In this document: piece after piece, positions 27,861-38,360 of the stretch
Position numbering within the stretch: the stretch's first letter is position 1
Layout: each line of letters begins with the position of its first letter
Assembly: GCA_002753335.1 (NCBI GenBank)
Contig: PEAD01000002.1
Coordinates: 124,001 to 188,000, forward strand
Length of the DNA: 64,000 bases
Reading direction: 5' to 3'
From: Nitrospirae bacterium MYbin3
GTDB taxonomy: Bacteria > Nitrospirota > Thermodesulfovibrionia > Thermodesulfovibrionales > Dissulfurispiraceae
Notes under the pieces: generated by a model
Seen by the model: the letters and a program-made list of their open reading frames with translations, nothing else
Database searches by the model: none
What the model was told of the DNA's origin: nothing
Position numbers and translations under genes: made by a program

Positions 27861-29234
27861 CTACTTGATTAGTGTTTCAAAAAACTCTCGGTCTTTTGCT
27901 GTAGTTAAATGAGAGTTGTGCCACAATACACTGAAATTAGCACCAAACTTCAGTGCAATTTCTTTTAGGTTAATCATCAAGTCGAGTGCTTCATCTGTAT
28001 AACCCAATCCAAGATAAAGATCATCAATTACAGAACAATCCATTAGTATCAATGGGCGTTGCCTAATCTTTAAAGGCGCATTTTTTTGCCAACTCCACAT
28101 ATTGAAAGATTTGGATGTTCCGTAGCGAAAGCCTGGCGCATCAGCAAATGAACCAGTAGAGTCATATTCAAAACCTGCTGCATCAATATAATCGGGTGTT
28201 TGTGATGTATCCCACCGCAAATAATGCTGTCGATTGCCTAGCACACTGTCATCCGCATTAGCAGCTTTGCATGCCATAGCTAAGCGTAGGCGTTCCTTTG
28301 CAATTTGTGATGAATTTTTATAAGTATTGTAACTAGCATGCATACCAATTTCGTGTCCTCGCCTAGAAATCTTATGTAGAAGTTTCTGAATATACGGCTC
28401 ATTCAAATCGTAACAGCCATCAATTACACCTGCTGGGTGGTCGGCAATAAAATAAAAAGCCGCCCGACGACTATGCTTTTCACAGATTTCCATGTACCAG
28501 TCAAAAGTATTAAAATGATCTTTAAAATAATTATCACAATCTCTGACAACAAAATTTTTTACTCGTCGGGCGGCGAGGCTAACATCGTACCTATTAAGTA
28601 AATCACTACCAAGCAGACGAGCAAGATTTTTCAAGTCTCTTGTACCACAATCGTAGGGTTGATCAACATCACAGGTCACAAACACATGCCCTTTTTCAGG
28701 CTTTCGCTCTAGTTGAGGCCATAGAAACTTAATGCATGCCCATAAAATTTCCACATATTCATCTACAATTGGCCGATAAAGAAAATTAGCCTCATACGCC
28801 AGAGAAGAAACAGCAGCAAAACGATCGTGATCATCACGCGCAGATTTCACAACCTCTTCATAACGTGAAAGCATATAGAAAGCTGTACCAAAAATGTCCA
28901 CATGGCAACGCACACGGTTTTCTGAAAATTCAATGCTCGGATTGCCAAACAGTACCGGCAAGGGTTCTGTTATTTTTTCAATATCCAATCCAGAGACGTC
29001 AGACAAATTCCATTGAACGAGGGCAAGGGATTCAGGCTTTAGCCAACTGTCTGCCGCACCAGTAAAAAAAACATCCGCCAGATCAATTTTCTTTCCATTC
29101 ATACTAAGGCAATAGCCGGATTCCAAAGATGGAACAGCAACATAATCCAAACCTAAAAAATCGTTAAAAATAATCGAACAAACCCATTGAGCCTCTATTT
29201 GACGATTCTCAGGAAGCCGTATTTGAATCATCAT
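27861..29234 (-). CDS. Polysaccharide deacetylase family protein
   Basis: TCDVD, GHEIGMHASY, RQHYLRW, YDST, LWHN. Confidence 0.85.
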   Translation of the reverse strand: MMIQIRLPENRQIEAQWVCSIIFNDFLGLDYVAVPSLESGYCLSMNGKKIDLADVFFTGAADSWLKPESLALVQWNLSDVSGLDIEKITEPLPVLFGNPSIEFSENRVRCHVDIFGTAFYMLSRYEEVVKSARDDHDRFAAVSSLAYEANFLYRPIVDEYVEILWACIKFLWPQLERKPEKGHVFVTCDVDQPYDCGTRDLKNLARLLGSDLLNRYDVSLAARRVKNFVVRDCDNYFKDHFNTFDWYMEICEKHSRRAAFYFIADHPAGVIDGCYDLNEPYIQKLLHKISRRGHEIGMHASYNTYKNSSQIAKERLRLAMACKAANADDSVLGNRQHYLRWDTSQTPDYIDAAGFEYDSTGSFADAPGFRYGTSKSFNMWSWQKNAPLKIRQRPLILMDCSVIDDLYLGLGYTDEALDLMINLKEIALKFGANFSVLWHNSHLTTAKDREFFETLIK

Positions 29235-30149
29235 TCACCTGCAAGCATTGAGCAAGTCCCTGCTTGCAGACAACACCTTCATCTTTCTACTCATCCTTGT
29301 CACATTAAAATAAGGAACCTGTAGGGCTCCAAATGCCCTGAAAAATCGCTCGACAGACTCAATCATTGAACCTTCAAAATCGAACTTCCGAGTAACAGAC
29401 GCAGCATGTTTAATTGCCTCCCACATGAGAAGGCTTGTAGCTCCGCTATTCCTTAGCTCAGGGGCCCCGCCACCCATTAGATAATAAGCTGAATTCTGAT
29501 CCCAGACCATATAAAGTGCAGCATGCAAACATCCCTTCACATCTTCAGCAAAAAATATTCTCCTTGCATTGCGACTATCGCAGGCAGCATCCAAGCGAAG
29601 ATAGAGATCACGGCTGTGAGGCTGTTTCATTCCCTGTCGCTGAAATGTTAGCGCATTGACCTCAAGAAAGCGATCTATCCCCAAATCGCACCGTACCGCT
29701 ACAACCTTTTGGGCTTTGCGTATGTCTCTGCGTATGTTTTCCTGAAAACCTTTCCATATTCTTTCGGTATCAGACAGGTCATCTATAATATATGTGTATC
29801 GGGTTGTCTGATCAAAGCCTCTCCAGTAGAAGGGAAGCCAATTCGTAACTGAATACTGGAAATTCTGATTGAAGCAATCATAAGGGGGTAGTTTTTCTAT
29901 CAATTCAGTCATCAAGTCCTTCTGCTCAGCATACCGTCTTGCTATTTTTGCTGTAGAGGATCTTATCCATGGGCCAAGGGTCTGCGTCAATGGCGGCATA
30001 TTTAGAAAAGTCAGCCCATAGCGTTTTCGGATAACATACGGAAGTCGGGCTGCAACTTCTTCTCCACGTCTGGCCTCAACAGCCCCCCAAGAGCCTGGAG
30101 CGACAGCATCAAGCCACCATGGTTCCTGAAAAATACAATTAGTGCACAT
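29235..30149 (-). CDS. FemAB-like GNAT family acyl/aminoacyl transferase
   Basis: IFQEPWWLDAV; SGATSLLMWEAI; FDFEGSMIESVERFFRAFG. Confidence 0.85.
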   Translation of the reverse strand: MCTNCIFQEPWWLDAVAPGSWGAVEARRGEEVAARLPYVIRKRYGLTFLNMPPLTQTLGPWIRSSTAKIARRYAEQKDLMTELIEKLPPYDCFNQNFQYSVTNWLPFYWRGFDQTTRYTYIIDDLSDTERIWKGFQENIRRDIRKAQKVVAVRCDLGIDRFLEVNALTFQRQGMKQPHSRDLYLRLDAACDSRNARRIFFAEDVKGCLHAALYMVWDQNSAYYLMGGGAPELRNSGATSLLMWEAIKHAASVTRKFDFEGSMIESVERFFRAFGALQVPYFNVTRMSRKMKVLSASRDLLNACR

Positions 30150-30820
30150 TAAATTCTTTTCTTTAATACGATTGAGAATCGGTACGGATGAAATAACGAG
30201 CCGTAAACAATAGCCTCAAACTTATCCTTTTTTAAAGCTATAAAATCCCTCGGATTGTACCAGTTTCCCATACTATCGCTATGCTTAAATCTGGATTTTA
30301 TTATTCCTTTGACAAAATTCAAAATGCCAACCGTAGGCGATACTGAAAGCTCCCCTGAATAAAAGATACCTCGCTGATCCTTCCAAAGGATGTTGGCAAT
30401 CAGCAATATTCCTGAAGACTCAAGCATGTCGAATGAATTCATTAAATATCTTTTTAGCATAACAGTGTCAAAGTACTGGATTACTCCGTTACTGAAAATA
30501 AGAGAATATTTATTGTCGGAACAAAAGCTTGAAGCGTCAGCATTAACCAACTCAATATCAGGATGTCTATCTTTGAATATATTCAGTAAGCTTGTCGATA
30601 TATCAACTCCCATATATTTATCCATAGGAAAAGTAAGGTATTCGAATAAAGCCCCGTTGCCGCAACCAGTTTCCAATACGGCCCCCCCCGAGAATCCAGT
30701 TGATCTGATTATAAGGTTAAGTTCCTCTGCGTAAAGACGGTACCAGAAATCATTATTATACCTGTGCAAGGGTGTAACCTGATGATCCCAAAATGATTTC
30801 CAGCGTTGTAGTGTCCTCAT
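30149..30820 (-). CDS. Class I SAM-dependent methyltransferase
   Basis: VLETGCGNG; GVIQYF. Confidence 0.85.
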   Translation of the reverse strand: MRTLQRWKSFWDHQVTPLHRYNNDFWYRLYAEELNLIIRSTGFSGGAVLETGCGNGALFEYLTFPMDKYMGVDISTSLLNIFKDRHPDIELVNADASSFCSDNKYSLIFSNGVIQYFDTVMLKRYLMNSFDMLESSGILLIANILWKDQRGIFYSGELSVSPTVGILNFVKGIIKSRFKHSDSMGNWYNPRDFIALKKDKFEAIVYGSLFHPYRFSIVLKKRI

Positions 30821-32244
30821 GTCGTAAATTTAGCCTTTATCTGTTTAAAAAACAGATAAAAATAATAAGAAATCAATATGATTACACCAAAAATAAACGT
30901 AACAATACGCGGTACAGGAAACATGAGCAAGAAATACAGCACAATAAAAGATGCAGCTATAAGGACTAATAATTTCCTGAACAGCCCATACAATCCGTCC
31001 AGTGAAAAACCGGCTATTTTAAATGTTATTCTAAGCCAGATGGCATTATACAAGAAAGTAACCATGGAAAGGACAAATACACATATAACCGGTGTTACCC
31101 CCATATAAAGAAGCCCCACAGTAAGTAAAATACAGATTACATCAAAACATATCTGTAGTAAAAGCGCAGTGTTCTGACGAAGTGATATTTCGTAAATCCT
31201 GTCAAGCCATGATGTAAATAGAAGGCAAAAAGATGCAGGCGCCAGCGCAGCAGCATATACGCCTGCATCGCTCCACTTGGCTCCAAAAGCAACTTTGAAT
31301 ATATCAGACGACCAGACTACAAAAAAGATAAAAAGGGGGGTAAAAAGTTCTGTGATTCTGATAAGCAGTTTCATGACTATCTGCTCAATCCTATGGGTAT
31401 CCATAGAAAACGAGGCTTCTTGAAAAAATACTTGGCCTATAGCGGATGATAGGAGAGCGATAGGTACGTTAAGTATGCTCCTACTGAAATCTACAAAACC
31501 TGCAACCTGAACAAAACCTATAGCACTTAGAGCAAAAACAATAAACCTGCTTGAAAAAATACCTATTAGACTGTAAGGCATGCTGTATATAGGAAATCTT
31601 TTGTAAATTGTAGCGTTCCGTTTTATACTATCCCATGTGATACTCCTAATTTTTTTTCTGTCATGTTTCCATACATGCCACGCCAAACCCGAATTTGCTA
31701 CACATTGACCTGACAGAGCCCCGACTATAAGTCCACTACTGGATTGTCTGTTTATGCCTATAAAAAGGTTAGTAAAAACCATTACAGCCTTCTGAATGGT
31801 GGAAGTAATAGCCAGTGTTTTATATTGTTTTTTGCGAGTTGTCCAGTAATTTAGTGTCTGGTAAGTTCCCATAAAAAAAACCATGAGCAAAATAAAATAA
31901 AGCCATTTTGAAATTTCTAAGTTGCCATCATACAAAATGATTTGCTCATAGAATATCCATAATAATAAAAACATTGTAATACTAATAACCGTTACAATTA
32001 ATACTGAAAGAATTGCAATACTTAGAGCATCACCCTCACGTTTAGGCAGCATAATAGCAAGCTCATACCTGCCCGTAGATATAATACTTAAAAATGATAC
32101 AATGGCCATACATAAAGCGAAAATTCCAAAATCTTCTGGTGCATAGAGCCTACTTAGAACAGGAGCAAATACAATTGGTATAATTTGAGCTACAGTAGTC
32201 CCGGTTATCAAAACTAAAACATTTTGAACAAAAGTACTTTTCAT
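30817..32244 (-). CDS. wzx: Wzx-type oligosaccharide flippase
   Basis: GTTVAQII...LSRLYAPEDFG...RYELAIMLP; ~12 TM. Confidence 0.88.
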   Translation of the reverse strand: MKSTFVQNVLVLITGTTVAQIIPIVFAPVLSRLYAPEDFGIFALCMAIVSFLSIISTGRYELAIMLPKREGDALSIAILSVLIVTVISITMFLLLWIFYEQIILYDGNLEISKWLYFILLMVFFMGTYQTLNYWTTRKKQYKTLAITSTIQKAVMVFTNLFIGINRQSSSGLIVGALSGQCVANSGLAWHVWKHDRKKIRSITWDSIKRNATIYKRFPIYSMPYSLIGIFSSRFIVFALSAIGFVQVAGFVDFSRSILNVPIALLSSAIGQVFFQEASFSMDTHRIEQIVMKLLIRITELFTPLFIFFVVWSSDIFKVAFGAKWSDAGVYAAALAPASFCLLFTSWLDRIYEISLRQNTALLLQICFDVICILLTVGLLYMGVTPVICVFVLSMVTFLYNAIWLRITFKIAGFSLDGLYGLFRKLLVLIAASFIVLYFLLMFPVPRIVTFIFGVIILISYYFYLFFKQIKAKFTT

Positions 32245-32325
32245 TATATATTTAAGAAACCTTCTTGGTTACTCGTACTTGTATGATACCACCATTTCTG
32301 AATTCCATAATCCAAGATAATGTTA

Positions 32326-33474
32326 TCAATTGAAATAACCTTTAATTGCTTCTATCACATAATCCGTATTCTCCCTCGTCTGGAGAGGCCCTATAGGCAG
32401 ATTCAATACGCTTTGCGCAGCCTGTTCGGCGTGTAGGAGTTCTTTATACGCCTTACTGCGGCCAGATTCAAAAACCTTCATCCTATGCAAAGGGAACGGA
32501 TAATAAACCATAGACGAGACACCCTTTGATTTAAGATATTTCTGCAGCTCATCCCGACCACCTTCTATTACTCCGATAGGGTATTGATTGTAAACATGAT
32601 AAGCAGCCGCCAGTATTTCCAGCAGCTTAATGCCCTTAAAATCTTTCAGTCCCTCCGTATAAAGCTCAGCTACTTGCCTTCTCCTTGCATTAAACTCATC
32701 TATAAATCTAAACTTAGCCCCAATTACAGCAGCTTGAAGCGTGTCCATCCTCGCATTGTACCCTATATAATCGACATTGTATTTGTCTTTCCCCCCATGC
32801 TTGAGAAGCATGCGCACAATAGAGGCAACTTCAGAATCATCTGTGGAAACCATACCTGCGTCTCCAAAGCCACCGAGGTTTTTTGAAGGGAAGAAGCTGA
32901 AAGCACCAAGAGTACCGATTGAGCCAAGTTTTTTTCCTTTCCACATTCCGCCAAAGGCTTGGGCCGCATCTTCAACTACAAACAAATTATATTCTCGTGC
33001 AATCTCCAGTATATCGTCCATGTTGCATGACTGCCCATAAAGATGAACAGGAATAATACCTACAGCTTTCGAAGAATTTTCTTTCAAATACGATCTTATC
33101 CTGGATACGTCGATATTATATGTCTTCGGATCGACATCGACAAACACAGGCGTGGCTCCTGACCGTAAAATTGCATCACCTGTTGCAGTAAAAGTAAACG
33201 GTGTCGTAATAATTTCATCGGCCTTATCGAAATAGTCCTGCCCCTTCATCTTTATCGACAACGCCCTGAGCGAAAGGACTAGAGCTTCCGTACCCGACGA
33301 GGTTCCTACAGCGTGCTGCACTCCAAGATATTCCACAAGCTTACTCTCCAACTCACCGACTTCAGGACCCAATATCCACTTCTGATGTGCGAGGCATCGT
33401 TGAATTGCGGCATCAATATCCGGCTTCATGTACGCGTATTCAACGTGCAGATCCAGCATAGGTAAGGATCGCAT
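32326..33474 (-). CDS. wbpE: DegT/DnrJ aminotransferase (WbpE-like)
   Basis: EDAAQAFG; SFFPSKNLGGFGDAG; adjacent to wbpB/wbpD. Confidence 0.8.
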   Translation of the reverse strand: MRSLPMLDLHVEYAYMKPDIDAAIQRCLAHQKWILGPEVGELESKLVEYLGVQHAVGTSSGTEALVLSLRALSIKMKGQDYFDKADEIITTPFTFTATGDAILRSGATPVFVDVDPKTYNIDVSRIRSYLKENSSKAVGIIPVHLYGQSCNMDDILEIAREYNLFVVEDAAQAFGGMWKGKKLGSIGTLGAFSFFPSKNLGGFGDAGMVSTDDSEVASIVRMLLKHGGKDKYNVDYIGYNARMDTLQAAVIGAKFRFIDEFNARRRQVAELYTEGLKDFKGIKLLEILAAAYHVYNQYPIGVIEGGRDELQKYLKSKGVSSMVYYPFPLHRMKVFESGRSKAYKELLHAEQAAQSVLNLPIGPLQTRENTDYVIEAIKGYFN

Positions 33475-34064
33475 TAGAGGGACTCTTTAACCACAGTTAT
33501 CGTCTTATCTTTCAACACATATTCATTCCCGCAATCAAGGCAAGACGCTTGTCCCCTCTTGAACCTGAGGGTCAATCCGCACCGGCACGCCCAGCCGATC
33601 TGCTTTGCAGGCACTCCCGCTACTACAGCATACGCAGGTACATCAGATTTTACGACCGCCCCCGCCCCTACAATTGCGTATTTGCCGATAGTCACCCCGC
33701 ATATAACAGTTGCATTTGCGCCAATAGTGGCTCCCTTCTTTACCAAAGTCAGGCTGAACTCATTTTTTCTATCGATAAACGCCCGCGGGTTGTAAACATT
33801 TGTAAACACGCAAGAAGGGCCGCAAAAAACCTCGTCCTCAATCCGCACACCTTTATATATCGAAACATTGTTCTGTATCTTGCATTTATTTCCGATAGTT
33901 ACATCAGGACCAATCATTACGTTCTGACCAATAACACAGTCTTTACCAATGCACGAGTTTTTTAATATGTTAGAAAAGTGCCATATCTTCGAACCATCAC
34001 CTATTGATACGCCCTCATCAATACAGGCAGTCTTATGACTGTAATACAATGAATTGTTTATCAA
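33474..34064 (-). CDS. wbpD: Hexapeptide N-acetyltransferase (WbpD-like)
   Basis: KIWHFS...KIQNNVSIYKGV..VFCGPSCVFTNVYNPR. Confidence 0.88.
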   Translation of the reverse strand: MINNSLYYSHKTACIDEGVSIGDGSKIWHFSNILKNSCIGKDCVIGQNVMIGPDVTIGNKCKIQNNVSIYKGVRIEDEVFCGPSCVFTNVYNPRAFIDRKNEFSLTLVKKGATIGANATVICGVTIGKYAIVGAGAVVKSDVPAYAVVAGVPAKQIGWACRCGLTLRFKRGQASCLDCGNEYVLKDKTITVVKESL

Positions 34065-35035
34065 ATTTTATTACCTATTAGAGCTTTTTGCGCCAAACTC
34101 AGAACTCTCAATACTTTAAGTCCCTCTCCACCATCAGTCATAGGATTACTCCTTTGCTTTACACAATCATAAAAATGCATCAATTCCAACTTCAGAGGCT
34201 CACCCTTGTCAACAGGAACAACAACATAATCAGCCTTCTGGGCTACTGGAATATTACCATCACGCCACTCAATTTTATGCGGATATAGAAACAACTTCTC
34301 CTCGCTTACATCATCGAAAACAGCCATAGCTTTTGAACCAACAACAATCAATTTCTGTTCTTTATACGGATGTAGCCAACTTACAAAAATATGGCTTTTT
34401 ACGCTATTTCTGAACTCCATAGTAGTCAATGTTGTGTCGTATGTGCCTTTGGTTATATAATCTCCTCCAAATGACAATACCGATTCAGGCTCCTCTTCAA
34501 GAAGCATAAGAATAATGGATATATCGTGAGGAGCAAAACTCCAAAGTATGTTTTCTTCTGTTCTCAGTTTGCCTATGTTCAGCCTGTTTGAATATATATA
34601 CTGTATATTTCCAAGTTCTCCTGATAGGATAAGCTCTTTCAACTTTATCACCGCAGGATGGTATTGCAAAATGTGACCTACCATAAGTATTTTTTTCTTT
34701 TCAGCAGCTAAAGCCACAAGTTCCTTCCCTTCTTCCATTGTTAGTGCCAAAGGTTTTTCTACAAAAACATCTTTCCCTGCAAGCAAAGCTTTCTTTGTAA
34801 ATTCATAATGAGTAATTGCCGGAGTAGCAATGGTTACAGCAGATACTTCAGCGTCTGACAGAACATCATCATAAGACAATAAATACTGCACATCAGGAAA
34901 CTGCCTTTGGGTCTCTGTAATTATAGTCTCATCAAAATCACAAGCCGTTCTGAGACATTTCATTCCGATAAGAGCACGTAAAATATATTTACCCCAATAT
35001 CCAAGGCCAATGTGAGCAATATTTTTTTTTCTCAT
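34061..35035 (-). CDS. wbpB: Gfo/Idh/MocA oxidoreductase (WbpB-like)
   Basis: GLGYWG; VEKPL; WSFAPHDIS. Confidence 0.8.
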   Translation of the reverse strand: MRKKNIAHIGLGYWGKYILRALIGMKCLRTACDFDETIITETQRQFPDVQYLLSYDDVLSDAEVSAVTIATPAITHYEFTKKALLAGKDVFVEKPLALTMEEGKELVALAAEKKKILMVGHILQYHPAVIKLKELILSGELGNIQYIYSNRLNIGKLRTEENILWSFAPHDISIILMLLEEEPESVLSFGGDYITKGTYDTTLTTMEFRNSVKSHIFVSWLHPYKEQKLIVVGSKAMAVFDDVSEEKLFLYPHKIEWRDGNIPVAQKADYVVVPVDKGEPLKLELMHFYDCVKQRSNPMTDGGEGLKVLRVLSLAQKALIGNKI

Positions 35036-35042
35036 TTAATCC

Positions 35043-35885
35043 TCATTTTCTATATCCAACCGCACACCAATAAGGCCTATTAGTGCTAAATATTATATTT
35101 CCAAGTCCTGATCTTTCCATCATTTTGCGTATCTGTTCTCTTGTAAATCGCTGCTCTAGCTTCGTGCCAAATCGGTCCAAAGCATCATTTCGCAAAACAT
35201 AAAAACTCCTTTTCCTATAATCCGATAGAGGGAAAGAATCCATATTATGGCCAGTAATCCGTTCAAATACTAAGGCAAATCTTGAGAGTGGCCAATAAAC
35301 CATAAGAGCAATAGTCTGGCAAATAAAATATCTTATTTTAAATGGCATTTTCGATATAACATAACGACACATCTCACTTAGTTTCCATAGATAACGATAC
35401 CAAGTAGGCTTGCCGTCAAATGCATGATAAAGGTATATCAAAAAAGGAGCACCTTTTTTTAATTTAGAAACACATGATGAAATACCTGCCTCAGTATCAG
35501 GAACATGATGCAAAACGCCGAGAGAGTAACCGAAATCAATCGAACTATTTTCTAACGGAATATCATCAACACTTGCAACATGGAAAATGCAGTTTTTGTT
35601 ATCTGCTAAATTCTTCTTGGCTACTTCAAGCGCTTCATAGCTAGCATCTATGCAATGAAGTAGCCCGATTCTTGGGGCTAAAAGTTTGGCCCAACGACCT
35701 GTTCCACATCCAAAATCAAGGTTTACCGTGTTTTCAGATAATACATGCCACGGGAAAATTGAAAAATAACTATTAAAAAGTTCATTAAGATCTCGCTCGT
35801 CAAGTCCGGATTGGTCGAAAATGCACCATTCGTCCCCGAAATCTTTTACTACTTGTTTGTCTATATTAGCTTTTTTACTACCCAT
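35043..35885 (-). CDS. Class I SAM-dependent methyltransferase
   Basis: DFGCGTGRW; SLGVLHH. Confidence 0.88.
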   Translation of the reverse strand: MGSKKANIDKQVVKDFGDEWCIFDQSGLDERDLNELFNSYFSIFPWHVLSENTVNLDFGCGTGRWAKLLAPRIGLLHCIDASYEALEVAKKNLADNKNCIFHVASVDDIPLENSSIDFGYSLGVLHHVPDTEAGISSCVSKLKKGAPFLIYLYHAFDGKPTWYRYLWKLSEMCRYVISKMPFKIRYFICQTIALMVYWPLSRFALVFERITGHNMDSFPLSDYRKRSFYVLRNDALDRFGTKLEQRFTREQIRKMMERSGLGNIIFSTNRPYWCAVGYRK

Positions 35886-35896
35886 AAAAAAAGGTT

Positions 35897-37225
35897 CTAA
35901 ACTGAGCGCTTTCTTGAAAGGTAGAACAATAAACCTAATAATACCGGCAATATCTGCAATTTATAGCGAGCTGCTACACCCAAATTTGCAGAAGAGACAA
36001 TGCCGTGCACCAATGCCCATATCACTGTAAAAAGCATAGCCCACAATATAAGAGGCTCTTTCAGCTCCATCAAACGTGTCCTCTTTATCGCCAACAAAAA
36101 GAGTAAAATCAGAAATAAACTTTCCAATCCAGCCAGTAATCCAAAAAGGTTCATCACCTCACCCGGCAAAGGCCTAAACAGAGCTGTAAAAGCACCAAAA
36201 GGCAGAAACTTAACAATACTGTCAACACTGTCAAGAGAAACATTTAACTCCTGCTGTGAGCCTGATTCTGTCATTACATAACCTTGATTTACACGATTAG
36301 CAACAGTCAAAATTTCCTGAAAAACTTCTATCTCAAAAGTCTCCATAAAAACTTTAGCACTCATAAAAATAGCAATAATAACAAAAAGCGATACAGCAAT
36401 CTTTGATAGCAAACTAGTCTTTCCCTGAAAAAATAAAATCAACATAGGAAACACCATTATAGGACCTAACCATTGTCTGACTACAGTAGCAACTAAAATA
36501 CCAACGCCACCAACAATAAGATATCTAAACCGTTTCATCTTGTAAAATCCTACAACTCCGTACACATAGAGTGAAATACCTAGAAAAACAATGGGTTCCT
36601 TACCTAAAATTGAAGACCAGAACAAAATGCTGGGAAACAAAGCAAGAAAATAAAAAATATTTTTATCCTCTCTTTCAAAAAATATAACTGCTGCTCTATA
36701 AAAAATAGATATTCCTATAAATCCAAGCATCGCAAAACTGACTTTAGTAGCATGATATGAATCAAAAATCATTTGCTGTATTTTGGACATATATATCATA
36801 ATCGCATTAGAAGTATAACTTTTAAACCCTTCAAAACCACTAAGCGCAGATCCAGCTTCTGTAGAAAGCTCATAATAAACATATGAATCTAGTCCATAAT
36901 GGTTCTCATAAAATAGCATAAAACCCAATGTTACAAAAATCTTCGCTATCCATCCCAATACCAATATTTTTTTATAAAAGGATGCAATAGGCAATAATAA
37001 AATAATAAGTCCTAAAAACAAAGCCCATACGATTCCTAAAATATAATCCAAAACTATGTCATCATTGGGTATTTTATGTCCTAATTCAGTTATAAAAAGA
37101 GAAAAAATTGGAGATGCTATTGCAATAATGACAGATATCACAACCATAAATAAAAATTCTTTACCTATATGGCTAGTTATCAAAATTCTCATTTTTACAT
37201 ATAACTTTTTCCAACAAAGCGACAT
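35897..37225 (-). CDS. Polytopic membrane protein, probable Wzy-type polymerase
   Basis: ~11 TM; PSILFWSSILGKE; NLGVAARYK; start uncertain. Confidence 0.6.
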   Translation of the reverse strand: MSLCWKKLYVKMRILITSHIGKEFLFMVVISVIIAIASPIFSLFITELGHKIPNDDIVLDYILGIVWALFLGLIILLLPIASFYKKILVLGWIAKIFVTLGFMLFYENHYGLDSYVYYELSTEAGSALSGFEGFKSYTSNAIMIYMSKIQQMIFDSYHATKVSFAMLGFIGISIFYRAAVIFFEREDKNIFYFLALFPSILFWSSILGKEPIVFLGISLYVYGVVGFYKMKRFRYLIVGGVGILVATVVRQWLGPIMVFPMLILFFQGKTSLLSKIAVSLFVIIAIFMSAKVFMETFEIEVFQEILTVANRVNQGYVMTESGSQQELNVSLDSVDSIVKFLPFGAFTALFRPLPGEVMNLFGLLAGLESLFLILLFLLAIKRTRLMELKEPLILWAMLFTVIWALVHGIVSSANLGVAARYKLQILPVLLGLLFYLSRKRSV

Positions 37226-38255
37226 ATCTTGGCGCCATTATCTGCAATGAGTAATACTTTTCTACCATTTGCCTACCATATCTACCAAATCTCTGTCTCA
37301 AATCAAAGTCATAACGCAAAATATTCAATGCACGTATCCATTCTTCTGTTGTTGTAGCCAAAAAACCATTTTTACCTTCTTTAACAAGCTCACAATTAAC
37401 TCCGACTGGTGATGCTACAACTGGAAGACCACAAGCCATATATTGGATTAACTTAAAACCGCACTTACCTTTCTCCCATAAATCATCATGAAGCGGCATA
37501 ATACCAACATCACAAAGTTGTATATTTCTTATTTCATTATCATCAGACCATTCTATGTTTTGGTAATTTACTCCAGACAAATTTACCTTACCAGCTCCTA
37601 TTAATATAACTTTAGCAAATCCGTCTTTGCAGATTTCGGCTAACGCCGTTTCGATGCCTTCGACATATTTAGACGTAGAGGGAGAACCTATCCATCCAAT
37701 AGTAAACAGTGATGATAAAGTTCTTTCAACCTTTATTTTTTTATATTTATTATTATCTATCACTGTCGGGAACACCTCAACATTGTTATTAAATCTTAGT
37801 GCATAATCAGCAAGGTACTTACTCCCAGTAATTACATATTCTGCTCCTTTTATTATCGCGCTTATTTTATCTCTAAATAACCATCTTACAATGAAAAAAT
37901 GACTATTATCATAGTTGTGGAATATAGCATCATCATAATCAAATATGTACTTTATTTTTCTAAGTATTAGATATTTTTCAAATAAAGAGAAATAAGGAAA
38001 TACTTCGCAGTGAATAACAACCAAATCGTATTTATTTACATGTAATAATGTTTTAAGTCTCCGCATAAATGCCTTCACTACCTCAAAAATATCATTTTTG
38101 CCGGTTTGATATTTTATTTCTAGATAGTTATCATCAAAAAGTGGCGATACTACACATCTAATTCCTGCATGTTCAAAATATGGTATAAACTGTAGAAATC
38201 TATATCTACAACTAGCAGCTTTTTTATAATATTTAGGTAAAAACAAAATATTCAT
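37173..38255 (-). CDS. GT4 glycosyltransferase
   Basis: ASCRYR; DYDDA; GKCGFKLIQYMACGLPVVASPVG; start taken at MNILFLPK. Confidence 0.9.
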   Translation of the reverse strand: MNILFLPKYYKKAASCRYRFLQFIPYFEHAGIRCVVSPLFDDNYLEIKYQTGKNDIFEVVKAFMRRLKTLLHVNKYDLVVIHCEVFPYFSLFEKYLILRKIKYIFDYDDAIFHNYDNSHFFIVRWLFRDKISAIIKGAEYVITGSKYLADYALRFNNNVEVFPTVIDNNKYKKIKVERTLSSLFTIGWIGSPSTSKYVEGIETALAEICKDGFAKVILIGAGKVNLSGVNYQNIEWSDDNEIRNIQLCDVGIMPLHDDLWEKGKCGFKLIQYMACGLPVVASPVGVNCELVKEGKNGFLATTTEEWIRALNILRYDFDLRQRFGRYGRQMVEKYYSLQIMAPRYVALLEKVICKNENFDN

Positions 38256-38360
38256 TTGTATTGACTTTGAGGTTTCTGAAAAAGTATTCTTATAATTTTG
38301 TTTCAAATATCTTTCACAGTCAATTTTTTAAAACCCTCTAAGATAATTTTGTTATCAACT